Assembly: GCF_001194135.2 (NCBI RefSeq)
Contig: NC_068984.1
Coordinates: 57,682,334-57,732,243 of the forward strand
Direction of reading: 5' to 3'
Length of the DNA: 49,910 nt
Source: Octopus bimaculoides
Taxonomy: Eukaryota
The notes under the pieces were generated by a model. The model had not been told where the DNA came from. It did not search any database and saw only the letters and a program-made list of their open reading frames with translations. Made by a program: the position numbers and the translations under genes. Positions within the stretch are counted from its first letter, which is position 1. The number at the start of each line of letters is the position of its first letter. Of this stretch, positions 1-13,700 are shown piece by piece.

Positions 1-54
<54 letters not shown>

Positions 55-64
55 TGTATGTATG

Positions 65-108
<44 letters not shown>

Positions 109-335
109 GTATATATATGCATCTATATATAGATGTATATGTATACATGCATATGTATACATGCATATGTATAGATGTATATGTATATATGTATATGTAT
201 ACATGTATGTATATGTATGTGTATATATATATACATATGTACAAATATATGTATGTGCATATATATGTCTCCATATATATGCATGTATATATATGCATAT
301 GTATAGATGTGTATGTGATGAATATATATATATAT
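1..335. repeat. Compound (TA)n/(TATG)n/(TACA)n microsatellite tract
   Basis: Directly visible; explains the Y/I/M/C-rich spurious ORFs. Confidence 0.97.
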
Positions 336-395
336 GCAAACGGAAGTAGCACAAATATCAATAATATCAATGCCAACACAGGGATATAAATTAAA

Positions 396-728
396 ATTTA
401 TGTCGGATCTTATGAATCCAGAATTAAAATTCGCTTGAACAACCACAGATCTTCTTTCAGGGTCCTGGAAAAGCGCAACACAACAACACATGCAGAATAC
501 GTATGGCGCCTAAAGGACGATCATACGCCCTTTAACATCAGATGGAAATAACTGGAAACTTGTGGACGCTATCGTAATGGAACAAGACTGTGAAAATTGC
601 GTTTGGCAAAAAGATTTATAATCCTCATGAAATCATATGAGCCAAGAGGCTACCTTAACTACAGGACGAAAGCCGTGGGAAGTTGTCCACATTTTCGGAA
701 ATTTTTACTTCAAAATTGGAAAACCTAG
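396..728 (+). mobile_element. Decayed PLE GIY-YIG endonuclease C-terminus (Nematis-like)
   Basis: One frame: [74 protein letters not shown]...LNYRTKAVGSCPHFRKFLL. Matches the PLE EN pattern YIG..FKxRxxNHxxSF..LSxYxWxLK..WxI..CxLCLxEK..LN..CxH. Two internal stops. Clade name is from remembered motifs. Confidence 0.8.
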
Positions 729-844
729 CTATCAAGCGAAGGAAGACAACTCGCCCGGCTATAATTTTTAAAGAGGATTATTTCTTGAACTATTACCGGT
801 GTTCTTGTGTTTAAAAAAAAACATTTTTTGCAGAGAACAGTTAC

Positions 845-864
845 TGTATATATATGTATATGTG

Positions 865-898
<34 letters not shown>

Positions 899-960
899 TA
901 TGTATCTATCTCTATATATATATTTGTGTATATATGTGTACGTATGTATGTATGAATGCA
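845..960. repeat. (TA)n/(TG)/(TATG) microsatellite tract
   Basis: Directly visible. Confidence 0.9.
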
Positions 961-1950
961 TGTATATTTGAGGTTCATTTTTAATTTATTAGTCCTTTTA
1001 TCAACTACTAAATCTAAGACTCGAGGACTGTGTCTGTTTAGAATGAAGGGCAAAAGTGAGTTGACAGCTCATTGCTAGGTATGGTCATAAATATTGTCAA
1101 GATTTTAAGAGTAGCAAATTGGGTATAAAGTATCTGTCTATAAAGTACTGCATCACTTCTTGATATCCTGTTGCTTATTTTGATATATATGTATGTATAT
1201 AAATAAAAAATTATAAATAAATAAATGGAGTTAAACGCATGTTAATCAAATTCTTTTACTTCCGACACATGTTTCGAAGATATCACTGGTATTATTCCAA
1301 AGGAATAAAATGGTATAAAATAATGTAATCTTCTTTCCAGGGAAATGAAGAAATGAAACTCGTCAATAAGACAGTTTAACAGAAAAGGATGGATATGTAT
1401 AGTGATTAACTGAACGCTATTAAGTTTGTTTTTTAAAAATGTTAGGGGATATAACGCCAAAGATAGCATATAGAAAGAGGAGGGGTAAGGGAAAGAAAAA
1501 TCAAAAATATGAGAAGTATATAACGATATGTAAATTAGATAAAGCCCTAAAGTCTTGGAAAAGATATATCTAGTGAATGTGAAATGTAAGGAAATTAATG
1601 TTTAAATTATATATAATGATAGATATCACTTATATGAACTAAAGGTGTGTTTCTGCCAATGTTTACATCGGCTAAAGTCGTTGGAGTTTGCTTTGTTGTT
1701 CCTAGTGTTACTATAGAGATTTTGTTGACTGGTTTTTTTCTATCTGTCGTACAGAAAATATGCAACGTGTTTGGTGTCATTTTGATGAATAACATCTGTG
1801 TTTCCTATGTGTTGTATGTGTTTGTATAATATAGAATAGTGTTGCATTAAGATCGCGTTGAATTTGAATCGTGTGGGTTGTAAGGTACTCCCAGTTTCTT
1901 TTCAGCATTGCAAGTAATTCAATATTATTCTTTTATTTCCTGTATTCCAG

Positions 1951-2042
1951 AAGCATCGAGTCATCGTTTTCGCAAGTGTAGCAACAAACTTGATCAGTGC
2001 CATGTTGCTGATTCCAGCTTGCTTCATATTTCTGTACTTCCG
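1951..2042 (+). CDS. GPCR exon, TM1 (KHRV...FLYFR)
   Basis: Acceptor ttcctgtattccAG, donor CG|GTgcgt; 92 nt, phase 0 to 2. Confidence 0.9.
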
Positions 2043-5000
2043 GTGCGTATTCTTATAGTCTTCTTCATTAATGCGGTATGACAACGTTGCTGTCAATCTT
2101 TACTCATTAGTAATTTTATATCATTTTCTCTCATGAAATATCTATACTCACGAAAAGTCTTCCCAGTGAATTTTGTTTGTTAGTGGAACATCATTGAGAC
2201 GAGTGGAGAAGTTTAAGTACATCGGGGCCGCATTTACGAGTAATAGAAGGCAAGAGGCTAAACTGGATGCTAAAATTGCAGATGCTGGCGCGGTAAAACG
2301 CCAGCTCCTGCATTCGATCCACAAAAGAGGAGACGTTGATAGAAAAATCCAAATTTGCTATCTTCAGTTCGGTTTTTTTGCCTACCCTCACCTATGGTCA
2401 TGGATGTTGGATAATGACCGAAAATGCATGATCGCGAATATAAGCGGCCGGAATAAGAGACAGTCAATCAGAGAAGCAAACAGACAGACAGACAGGTAGA
2501 CTGACTGACAAGTGGAGACAAACAGAGAGGGGGGGGTAAGATAGAAAGAGAGAAAACAGAGAGAGAAACAGAGAGAGAAACAGAGAGACAGACAGTCTGA
2601 CAGGTAGAAATTAACAGACAGACAGAAACGAGAGTATGGGGAAAAAAATAAAATCTCATTTGATAGTGAGCATTCTTTTATACAACCATTTCTAAACGTT
2701 TCAATTGTATTTATGCTGTAGACTAATATTCAGCATATATAAGTGTCTATATAAGATCGCAAAGCATGAAAATAACAGTATAAGACATCGAGTCATATTG
2801 CCCTTTGCGATTTCAAAATTTTAGACATGAAATATGCAAACGATATAAAGTGTCAAATTTGTCAGCGAAATAGCAAATTATTGTGAGGAAATAGATTTCA
2901 ATTCAAAGTACTGCTAACTAAAATCTGCGAACGTTAGTATTAATTCTTCTTAATGTATATAGTATTAAAAATCTAACTGCAATCAAATGTGCAGTGAGGA
3001 GTGGGGAAACAGTATTAGCTAATATCATTTTCAATTTTCCAACAAATACTGCTTCAAATATATTTCGATCTTATTCTGGCTTTCTTAACGACGCATACCC
3101 TCCAATATACTTGTGGAAGGAGTAACAATCACTAAATCAGTAAATAAATATTGGTGTAAGGAAATAGAATTACTTAGAAATTAAACATTTATAAGACACT
3201 GAAATTTTTAAAAATAGTGGTAACATATTTAATGCTCCAGTGAGTTTTCTTGATTAAATCATCTTCATGAAGTCTAAACAAAGAACTTGCAAACAAGAAA
3301 CTAAACAAAGAACTTGCAAAGAAAAAAATCATTTAATAACTGGTCGGTAATATGTAGTCTTGTAGACATACAAAATAAATAATTTAAATGAACAGTATAG
3401 TCGATAAAATCAATCCCAAAACTTAAATGATACTTATTTTATCTCTGGAAAAAAGCTTGAGTTAAGCAAACAATAAGCTATAAAAGAAGGCCAGAAATGT
3501 TGTTGAATTAATTAACAAAAAGAAACAGGGTGGAGCCTATGATCTTTGTAGCCACTTCCAGGCTGGTGAAATCGACGAATAGGAGGAAAAAATATTTTTT
3601 AAGAAAGAGAGAAATCTTTTAAAAAATGGAAAAAATGAACAAAAAGTATGAGAGGAGATTAAGAAACAAAGTAAATTACTAAAGGTAATAGTAGAGATAT
3701 GTATGGGGAATTTCTGGGAATAAAGTTAAAATGAAAAATAAATAGAAAGTTATACACATCAACACGACTTATATGTTCTTGCAAGGGAATGTGTACGCGT
3801 GTGCATGGTTACGTTTTCACACCTTCATTACTTTTGTTTCGTGCCAACTAAGTTTCATTTCACACACAAACGTATTGTTCGTAGTAAATGTTAATGTATT
3901 CGGCCATAAATTTGACAGTAGTTAAATGGCCTATGAAAACTAAGTATCTATTGTGTATCTTCTTTCTGTTTTACTCGTTCACCAGTTAAAATAATATTGC
4001 CATTGATTTTGTTCGCAGGCTTCTGAGGATGCAGCATCGAATACGACTCCATGTCTGTCTTATTGTATCATTTATCTTCACAGCAATCTTTCAGATTCTG
4101 TGGACTATCTTAGTTCATCACGACCAGTTTCTAAATGCTCCAGAAGATACTTTGCTTCAAAAAAACACAGTAAGCCACAAACCAGTATTTTATTTATTTC
4201 CTACGAATTTCTTATAGATTATTTTTATACTCATTTATGTTTATACTCATTTTTTATCCGAGCAAATCATATTAATCTTATTGGTTGCAAGTATTTATAC
4301 ATATTCTGAGCAACAATTTCCATTTCTTCCTCTCCTAACTAGTTTGCAGTCTATCACGTATGATATTCATATCATTATCTTTTGTTGTGAAGTATGATAG
4401 AAGTTCTTGCAAATACTGTAAAGGAATTGATCGCGTCTTCTAGATAACTGAATTATTTCTTCTGCTTCATTATCTTTGAACTCATCACTGGAATCAATGA
4501 TAACACTGTAAAATAAATTACTTTTTCCTTGACTTGCAATGCAGAGTTCAATTCTAAGTTCGGCAAAATATTACATACATTGTTGTGTTACTGGGTTTAC
4601 AAGACGATGCTTGTGCTCGATCTATTATGTCCAGAAGCTTTTTTTAAACTGAATCGTCAAGCTCGAACTGGTGTCCACCTTAAATAGTCTTAATCACACA
4701 AAGCATTTAAAAGGGAGCCAAATTGGTTTAATTTCTTTCGTTATTCAAGAACAGCGTCCAGTATCATTCGCAATGTTTGTTCCTATATCACTTGTCTAAC
4801 CTCAGTCTTTATTGATAGATTCTGAATAGCATTCAAATTACCCGATTTGAGAGAGGTTTGTCTCATCCGATTAATACCCATGATAAGCAGCGGCCCAATA
4901 GACCATGGACGTATGTCGAAGAATAACCTGTTACCACTAAAGGTCACAGTCACCGAATCGATGTTCAATAACCAAAATATGATGCTCGTTTCTCTAGCTG

Positions 5001-5790
5001 TTTACCTGTCCACTGTGTATTTGATGAACGCTTTATATACATACATCACTGGAACGTAATAATCTGTAAAACTTTCCAGAAGTTTATCATTTAAGTATAT
5101 ATGAGCATGTCTAGACATGCAACTATTTGCATGAGAATACATACATAAAACAAAACATACAAATCTACACATATACATACATACAAAAATACCCTATTGA
5201 TGTTGTTGAAATTCCAATGAAGGAGTCTTGGATCTAGGTTAGAAACCGGCTCTTTCTCTATTGGCAAGAAATCTTGAAATAAAACTGAATAATGACATAC
5301 ATATGTATGTATGTATGTATGTATGTATCAGGCACATGCCGTCAGTAATTACTCAGGGTAGGCAGTTGGTGACTTTTATGTAGTAAAACTAAAAAAATAA
5401 GCGAAACAAAGGCGTGCGACTGAGTTGAAGGCAGATTTACTCCTGCCTTTATAGCACGTAAAGAAAATGGTGTTGTATGAGTGTGCGCAGCACGTGTACT
5501 ACAGCATTACTATGCGTAGCTTAAATACTGAGATTGAAAGGTAGTGGCGAATTATGCCTACCTAATACTCTTTTACTCTTTTACTTTTTTACATGTTTCA
5601 GTCATTTGACTGCGGCCATGCTGGAGCACCGTCTTTAGTCAAAGAAATCTACCCCAGGACTTATTCTTTGTAAGCCTAGTACTTTTTCTATCGGTCTCTT
5701 TTGCCGAACCGCTAGTTTACGGGGACGTAAACACACCAGCATCGTTTGTCAAGGGATGTTGAGGGGACAAACACAGACACACAAACATAT

Positions 5791-5833
<43 letters not shown>

Positions 5834-6231
5834 TACGACGGGCTTCTTTCAGTTTCCGTCTNNNNNNNNNNNNNNNNNNNNNNNNNNNNNNNNNNNNNNN
5901 NNNNNNNNNNNNNNNNNNNNNNNNNNNNNNNNNNNNNNNNNNNNNNNNNNNNNNNNNNNNNNNNNNNNNNNNNNNNNNNNNNNNNNNNNNNNNNNNNNNN
6001 NNNNNNNNNNNNNNNNNNNNNNNNNNNNNNNNNNNNNNNNNNNNNNNNNNNNNNNNNNNNNNNNNNNNNNNNNNNNNNNNNNNNNNNNNNNNNNNNNNNN
6101 NNNNNNNNNNNNNNNNNNNNNNNNNNNNNNNNNNNNNNNNNNNNNNNNNNNNNNNNNNNNNNNNNNNNNNNNNNNNNNNNNNNNNNNNNNNNNNNNNNNN
6201 NNNNNNNNNNNNNNNNNNNNNNNNNNNNNNN

Positions 6232-6307
<76 letters not shown>

Positions 6308-6997
6308 TATAAAGTTATTGAATTTTCAGTTTATATTACTTCATCATTGAACTGTAAACTACCTAGGAATTTCAGACATTTGTCAAATATTATAGAAGAT
6401 AATGTTGCCATCAAAATCTTAAGGAAATTATTTTGTATATATTAGCAAAAAAATGGTAAAGCCGACATGAAAAAAAATCGATATTATTTTATATTTAAAT
6501 GTCATACCTGTTTTTCATTTTTAGGTTGGTTGCAGAATTTTATATTTTATGTCAAGTTACTTCCGAAGCACAAATTATTTTTGTATGTTCGTTGAAGGTT
6601 TATATCTTTGCCGCTTGCTGTCGGCAACATTTAAGATACCAAAAAGACTAATTGGATACTATATTTTATGCTGGGGTAAGTCCATTCAGCAACTATAATT
6701 TTGAGTTCAAGTAGAGATAGAAAATCTGATAAACACAGGGCCTTGTTTGTTCATTGCATGACTGTATGATCATATATATATCTTTTATCTTTTATCTTTT
6801 ACCTTCTTGTTTCAGTCATTTGGCTGTGGCCATGTTGGGGCACCGCTTTGAAGGATTTCAGTCGAACAAATGGATCCAAAGACTTATTTTTTAAGCCTAG
6901 AACTCCAGGTCGCTTTTGCCGAACTGCTAAGTTATGTGGACGTAAACACACCAGCACCTAGTTGTCAAGCGGTGATGGGGGATAAACACAACCACAA

Positions 6998-7052
<55 letters not shown>

Positions 7053-7316
7053 CTCAAAAGATGCCATCTTAGAGTAGCGTCCCTTGATTCATTGTTTTAT
7101 TCACGAGAATCTTCATGTATTCAACGAGACTGTTTTCCAAGATGGATACGAACACCTTTCCTCCATGTGATCGGCTTTAAAAAATGATTTTTAAGACTCT
7201 AGGATATTATTTCCGTACTTATCTTAACATGAAACCAATGGTAGCCTTAATTTACAATTAAAGAAATTCTATCCATCAAATTGGTGTTGAGCACTCATTT
7301 TCATCGTTCGACATTT

Positions 7317-7357
<41 letters not shown>

Positions 7358-9996
7358 CGTGTATACATATAAAAACGGCAGTCTGTTTGGATGTCTGTTT
7401 GTGTCAAGTTGCCATATACACCCGTTAACGAATCTTCGTGAAACTTTTTATACATGTTAAACCAACATCCAGTTTGTTACTAGATTCATTGCAGTTTCAT
7501 AAAAATCTATAATTGGACAGCTAGGGCCCCTAAAAGGGATCCACATATAATCCATCTATTTTACTTTAACGGCCAAGGGGAAATAACCCATTCATTTTTA
7601 TTTTTCTCTTTTGCACACTGGTCATTTCTCCTTCCATTTATTAGAGAAGCAATATCATTACAGTGATCGCTTGCCAGTGGTTACATTGTATAAATACGTA
7701 TGCAGCAAAAATAAGTTCGTAAATTACATGATTTTTACAATTTTTTTTTTACTCATTTAAATAACGTCTTAAATATAATGAAGTTGACTTTTATTTATGC
7801 TGGCCGGTATAATGCTTACTTATTCCGTATGAATTTACTAAAACCACTAAATAGTTAACTACTTTTTGAAGTTTGACGTTCATGCTGGTAATCCTGGTCC
7901 GAGCCATATTTTACATTGCTTGGAGTTTCTACCTATCGCAATGGAGCACCATTGACATACATAGTGATATGGATATTCCTGACTGAAAAAAATGTAATGA
8001 TATGAATAACCTTGATTGTATGATTATATTTTTGTCTGTTCAGTACTAAGCACAGTTTTAAATTTGTACTGTTTACACTAATTTCGAACATTGGCTTCAT
8101 TAACATTAACATACCTTCCGGCAGCTCTATTGCCACATTCAAATGCATAATCAACATATTTAATTTCTCTTTCGCAGTAAACGATTCATAAGTTCTGCCC
8201 ATACTGACAATAACAGTAATGACAATTTTTTAAGTTTGCTTGACATTTTATAAGTGTGAAAGAAATTAAAATTTCGATACTCCATATCAAAGGTTCCCAC
8301 AAGATCAGGCGGAAAACCAGAACATGAGACAAGAAGACGCTTTCGACCAATCAGAATTCTGTTTACATAATCAGTTTGATCGGTTACCTTCCTCTGTCGG
8401 TTGAGTAAAGTGTCATCCAAACTGATGTTTATTTGTAATTAAACTTAATTTGTAACACCTGTGCGTATTTATCAGCTTTGTTTTTGTTGATAAGAATTAT
8501 CAACAACTTTTCCTGTGATCGTGATTTTAGAAGACATAATCTCTTGTTGGCAAGAAATGTAAAATAAAGTTTATTATAAANNNNNNNNNNNNNNNNNNNN
8601 NNNNNNNNNNNNNNNNNNNNNNNNNNNNNNNNNNNNNNNNNNNNNNNNNNNNNNNNNNNNNNNNNNNNNNNNNNNNNNNNNNNNNNNNNNNNNNNNNNNN
8701 NNNNNNNNNNNNNNNNNNNNNNNNNNNNNNNNNNNNNNNNNNNNNNNNNNNNNNNNNNNNNNNNNNNNNNNNNNNNNNNNNNNNNNNNNNNNNNNNNNNN
8801 NNNNNNNNNNNNNNNNNNNNNNNNNNNNNNNNNNNNNNNNNNNNNNNNNNNNNNNNNNNNNNNNNNNNNNNNNNNNNNNNNNNNNNNNNNNNNNNNNNNN
8901 NNNNNNNNNNNNNNNNNNNNNNNNNNNNNNNNNNNNNNNNNNNNNNNNNNNNNNNNNNNNNNNNNNNNNNNNNNNNNNNNNNNNNNNNNNNNNNNNNNNN
9001 NNNNNNNNNNNNNNNNNNNTGTGTGTGTATGTTTGTGTGTCTGTGTTTGTCCCCCAACATCGCTTGACAACCGATGCTGGTGTGTTTACGTCCCCGTAAC
9101 TTAGCGGTTCGGCAAAAGATACTGATAGAATAAGTACTAGGCTTACAAAGAATAAGTCCTAGGGTCGATTTCTTCGACTAAAGACGGTGCTCCAGCATGG
9201 CCACAGTCAAATGACTGAAACAAGTAAAAGAGTAAAAGAGTATTTTCCTTAACAATAGATCCATTTATTTCCATTAGTGACTTATTCACCAATATACCAT
9301 GAATGACAATGCCTTTCATCTCACTTCAACCAAATGACAGGCGCTGCATGAAAAACTTTTAAGACTTACTCTGAATTGTTACTATCTCATATTCGATTTG
9401 CCTGTTATTATGTAACATTATGCTTCACGATTTTAGTATAGATACCTTTTTGGTATTGCCTCTTAAGTTCTATATACTCTGGGAATGCATTAAAGCCCTT
9501 TTCAAGGCTACTTTATTTGAATTGTTACTATCGGGTAACTAAGCTGCATGTTATTACATAACTGCCTTTCACAATTTTGGTGTTCATAACTTATTGGAAT
9601 TTCCTAAAACCAAGATGGTTCGGTATTCTCTGTAAATGCACAAAAACCGTTTTAAGGGCTACATACTTTGTATTGTTGCTATTGAATTAGCGAAACAATT
9701 ATGAGAATGGTGCCATCTCACTTGTGCTTGTGCCACGTAAAAAGCACTACTCACCTCGCCTGTATTTATGCCACGAAAAAAGCACTAAATCCACTTTGCT
9801 GAGTGGTTGGTGTTAAGAAGGGGATCCAGCTGTAAAAATCCTACCAAAACAGTCACAAAAGTCTTGTGCGGGCTTCGCCCTAGCCGGCTCTTTTGAAACC
9901 ATCTCACCCATGCTAGCATGGAAGACGGACGTTAAACGATGATGATGACCAGGAGATAATCCCCGCCTTTCTGGGAATTACCGGGTACGTCATCTA

Positions 9997-10060
<64 letters not shown>

Positions 10061-10721
10061 GACAGGCTTCTTTAAGTTTCCGTCGACGACCAAATTCACT
10101 TACAAAGCTTTGGTCGGCCCGAGGCCATAGTAGAAGACACTTGCCTAAATGGGACTGAACCTGGAGCCATGTGGTTAGGAAGCAAGCTTCTTATCACACA
10201 TCCACGCCTGCACCTGCACACACCCACGCTTTTATATACACGTGTACACATACACGCGTATACAGACTTCTCACCCTTAATAACGTAATAACTAATTGAT
10301 TTATTTCTATAGTGAATTTTGCTCAAATGCTTGGAATAAGGAAATAAACCAATCAAATGAATTTTTTGTATTTTCTTTACAGCACTTAGTACAATTATGT
10401 ATAATTTTGTTTCTCACAAAGGAAGCAACTTCCTTCTACACACAGACCACTTGGGAAATGAATAGTCCGTGTTTCCTGTTTTCCTTCAAAGAAATTGATG
10501 AAAAATGTTTAATATGAATAGTTCATATTTAAAGCAGAAATCGTGTTATATTTATATAGTATTTGATCCTTTGGTCATTAATATCATAATTAAGAATTCA
10601 TTTTAATACACCTTTACAATGGATTTTTGAATTCTTTTGTCTGTACGGTGCGAAGACCAGGTCACCATAATGTACATTTATTGTACAGTTCATGTTATGC
10701 TCAACGTTAACATTAAGTATT

Positions 10722-10784
<63 letters not shown>

Positions 10785-13700
10785 ACGCGCACTCACTCAC
10801 TCAACAATATATTTGGAAAGTTTCGCACTCAGGTGTGGAAGTCAAAATCTGCTCAAAACCCAAATCAAGCCGCACGAAATCTATATATTTTCAGTGAATA
10901 TCTATACACATATATGTAGGATGGATCCCTAATAAAAGCATCAACGGTTATTAGAAACTTGAATCAAACTACTAATCATAGTTATGTAATACAAACATGA
11001 GCACAAAGTTATTCAATATTTGGGGATAAGAACGATGTTTAGAACTAATTCAAATACCAACACGTGTTTCTTTCAAAGTTAGGATGAATTAATATAAACG
11101 AAATATTCTAGGAATTACTCACAAAATCAATACATCCTCGCTAAATGATTACACTGAAATAAGGACTTTGCACGTGACCTCAAGTCGCCCAGCGATCAAT
11201 GAAATATCCGATTTAGCCATCTACAATTTCTTCCAGGCATTAGTTGTCCGGCCAGCCAAAATACCTGCGGGAATTTAAACGGGTTCTCAACTGTTCCAGA
11301 TCTCAACTAATGGTCCTTGTTTCACCTAATCAGCTACTAACACTATTCTTCTTTTTAAGGTTAACCAATGAAAATGTTCAAAGTTTTATTTATTTATTTC
11401 TTTTGTAGGTTTTCCTTTGGTTCCGAATTTAATTTACGCAATAGTCCGAGGAACATTGTATAACGAAAGGTATTATATATTTTCTTTAACCATGATATAA
11501 TCCAATGTTCAATTTTTTTTACATAAGTGTATAAGGCGTCACAAACAGCAGCGCATGAATTAACTATTTTGGTTTCTAGTTCTGATTTCTTTGCTTCTGT
11601 TTTCATAACTATCCGAAGCTCAGTTTTACTTTCATACTTCTAATGCCAATAAAAAAATATAATAATGAAATACAGAGTCGATGAGATCGAGGATATCGGT
11701 CCATTTTATGAAAAGTAGCCATGTATGTTAAGAAGAAGGAAAAAAGGCCACACATGTTTCTGCGATTGTGATTACTGTTTCTAGAAGATCTCAATAAAAC
11801 TCAGTTGGAATCCTACGGAAAGCCTTTGAAATCTAGTTTAGCTCAAATGTGTACTGCGTTAGTTCTTGTCAATCTTAATAATTCAAGCATTTATGTTGTT
11901 ATTTTAATATAAACACAGCTATCAGTCGCCACATTAAACCTAGAAACCGAGCAATACAGGCCTCACAGAAAGTGGAATAAAAAGTTAATGCACATCAAGG
12001 ACTCTAATCACCATTGTCACTGCCGTCATATTTATAAAAAAAACTCATTCGTAATTTAAGAGGAATTTCAATATATCAAAGCAACGACAAATCTACCAGC
12101 TACAACAATAAGGCACCAGAAAAAAGTTGATTCGCTGAAGGAGAAATCATTGTACAACAATAATGAAAACGATAGAATATGCAATATAACCCAGTTTAAT
12201 TTGCCATTCAAAGTAAAGTCACGCAGCTAAAGACATCGTAGCGCTTATACACAAATATCCTTCGGCGAGTACAAGTTCAGAAAACTATTCACCAGACAAT
12301 AACCTAAATATTCTCATGCTGCACCTGCACTAACTTCATGAGTAGAAACATCGAAAACAGACCCAGAGAGTCATGCCAATCTTGTTTCTATCAACAGCAC
12401 AGAGTCAGATCAAGGAAACATAACCGCAACTTTTACCCCTAAGTATGAACAGCATACAACTAGTTTGTTGTAAATGCTATGCCTCACCATCACCGAGATC
12501 TCTCCTGACGAATACATGTCCTTACTGCTGAATGAATTGATAGGCCGCCGAACTCCTAATTAAATGGAAGCTGATATGTTTAATGTGGTGAAGCAGAAAA
12601 TAAAGAGATGTAACTCGAAAATTCGATTCGAAAATGGGAACATGCAGTGAAGTGTGAGTTTGATCTTTGGTTTAAACTCTGGTCAGGTTTCAATTTTATT
12701 AGGCCTCTTCATCGAATTATTGTCTTATTTGTACATATAAGTCCTAAAAATATCTAAGATAAAGAAAAACATACATTAACAAAAAAGAAACATAAGAAAA
12801 TTTCCCAAAGATGTTTTCTGCAGAAAGGACTATTAACCAATGGTCCACAAGTCAAGTCGATGATTACGTCAAAACTTATCTTGAGAAGTTAAAACTCATC
12901 ATCAGAACACTATGCAAATGACGAATGCTTCAATAGCTTTTAGTACTGTCTTCAAATCCTATCTTTGCTGTAGCTGAAGAAGAATAAGTCCGGCAAAGTA
13001 ACTCAACGTTGAAACAAAGGCTATCACCCAATATTTTAGATATTTTATCGCATTAAGATTTTTCCACTTACATAATTTACAGTACAGTCAGACTAGGATA
13101 GAGAAATTTTATGTTTTAGATATTTGATTGCTTGCCTATTTACAAGTTCAAGTTCCATGACTGATTTTAAAAAACTGTTCATTATAAGCTGAGGTCTAAT
13201 CAGTCGGCTAAATTCTCGTATATAAACACTGGTCTTGTACTAACTCAAAAGATTTGTAAAACATTCCAAAAATTCTCCACCTGAGATTCTTATGTGAATA
13301 GTTGCATACACTTGGTTGTATGCATCGACAGTTCAACTAATACACCAACTGAACCACATATCTACAAACACCGGGAAGCCTTGCCGCTTTGTTAGCGACT
13401 GCCTTGAACTCTCTCAAGAACTTACATTAAACATAAACGCATGCATGCATACATACATACATACATACATACATACATACATACATACGAATATCATAAT
13501 TTAATATCCATTTATTATTTTTATTCCACACTTTCAATTTAAGCAGATGCTGGATGAATAACACCGACGGGTACGAATGGATTCTATATACTCCGAATCT
13601 ACTATGCCTTGTTGTAAGTAACTTGATGTCGACATAAAGCTACTGATGTTTTTTGTTGTTGTTGTGGGTGATGGTGTTGTTGTCGTTGTTATTGTTGTTG

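Noticed and set aside
26-491. Long ORFs rich in Y/I/M/C/V/H (also at 5712-6445, 18243-19788, 19966-20463, 44021-44530, 48013-48666)
   Set aside because: Translations of microsatellites and N-gaps, not genes.
590-600. In-frame TGA at a conserved Cys position (RL*KLRL versus CxLCL) of the PLE EN, as a possible selenocysteine codon
   Set aside because: The same frame has a TAA stop and the second Cys is also mutated. Selenoprotein PLEs are reported for the N-terminal-EN Naiad clade, whereas the related copy at 21470-23060 has a C-terminal EN. Simple decay is more likely.
1607-1829. Hydrophobic ORF at 1647-1829 as a candidate receptor exon
   Set aside because: No hormone-receptor-domain Cys/Trp pattern and no compatible splice sites; the TM1 exon is at 1951.
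10383-10470. Strong-looking acceptor ttttctttacAG in the intron
   Set aside because: The required phase runs to a stop with no class B motif; the true TM4 exon is at 11409.
12970-13025. CTGAAGA...GAAAC hammerhead-like spacing
   Set aside because: No NUH cleavage triplet and no convincing stem II.
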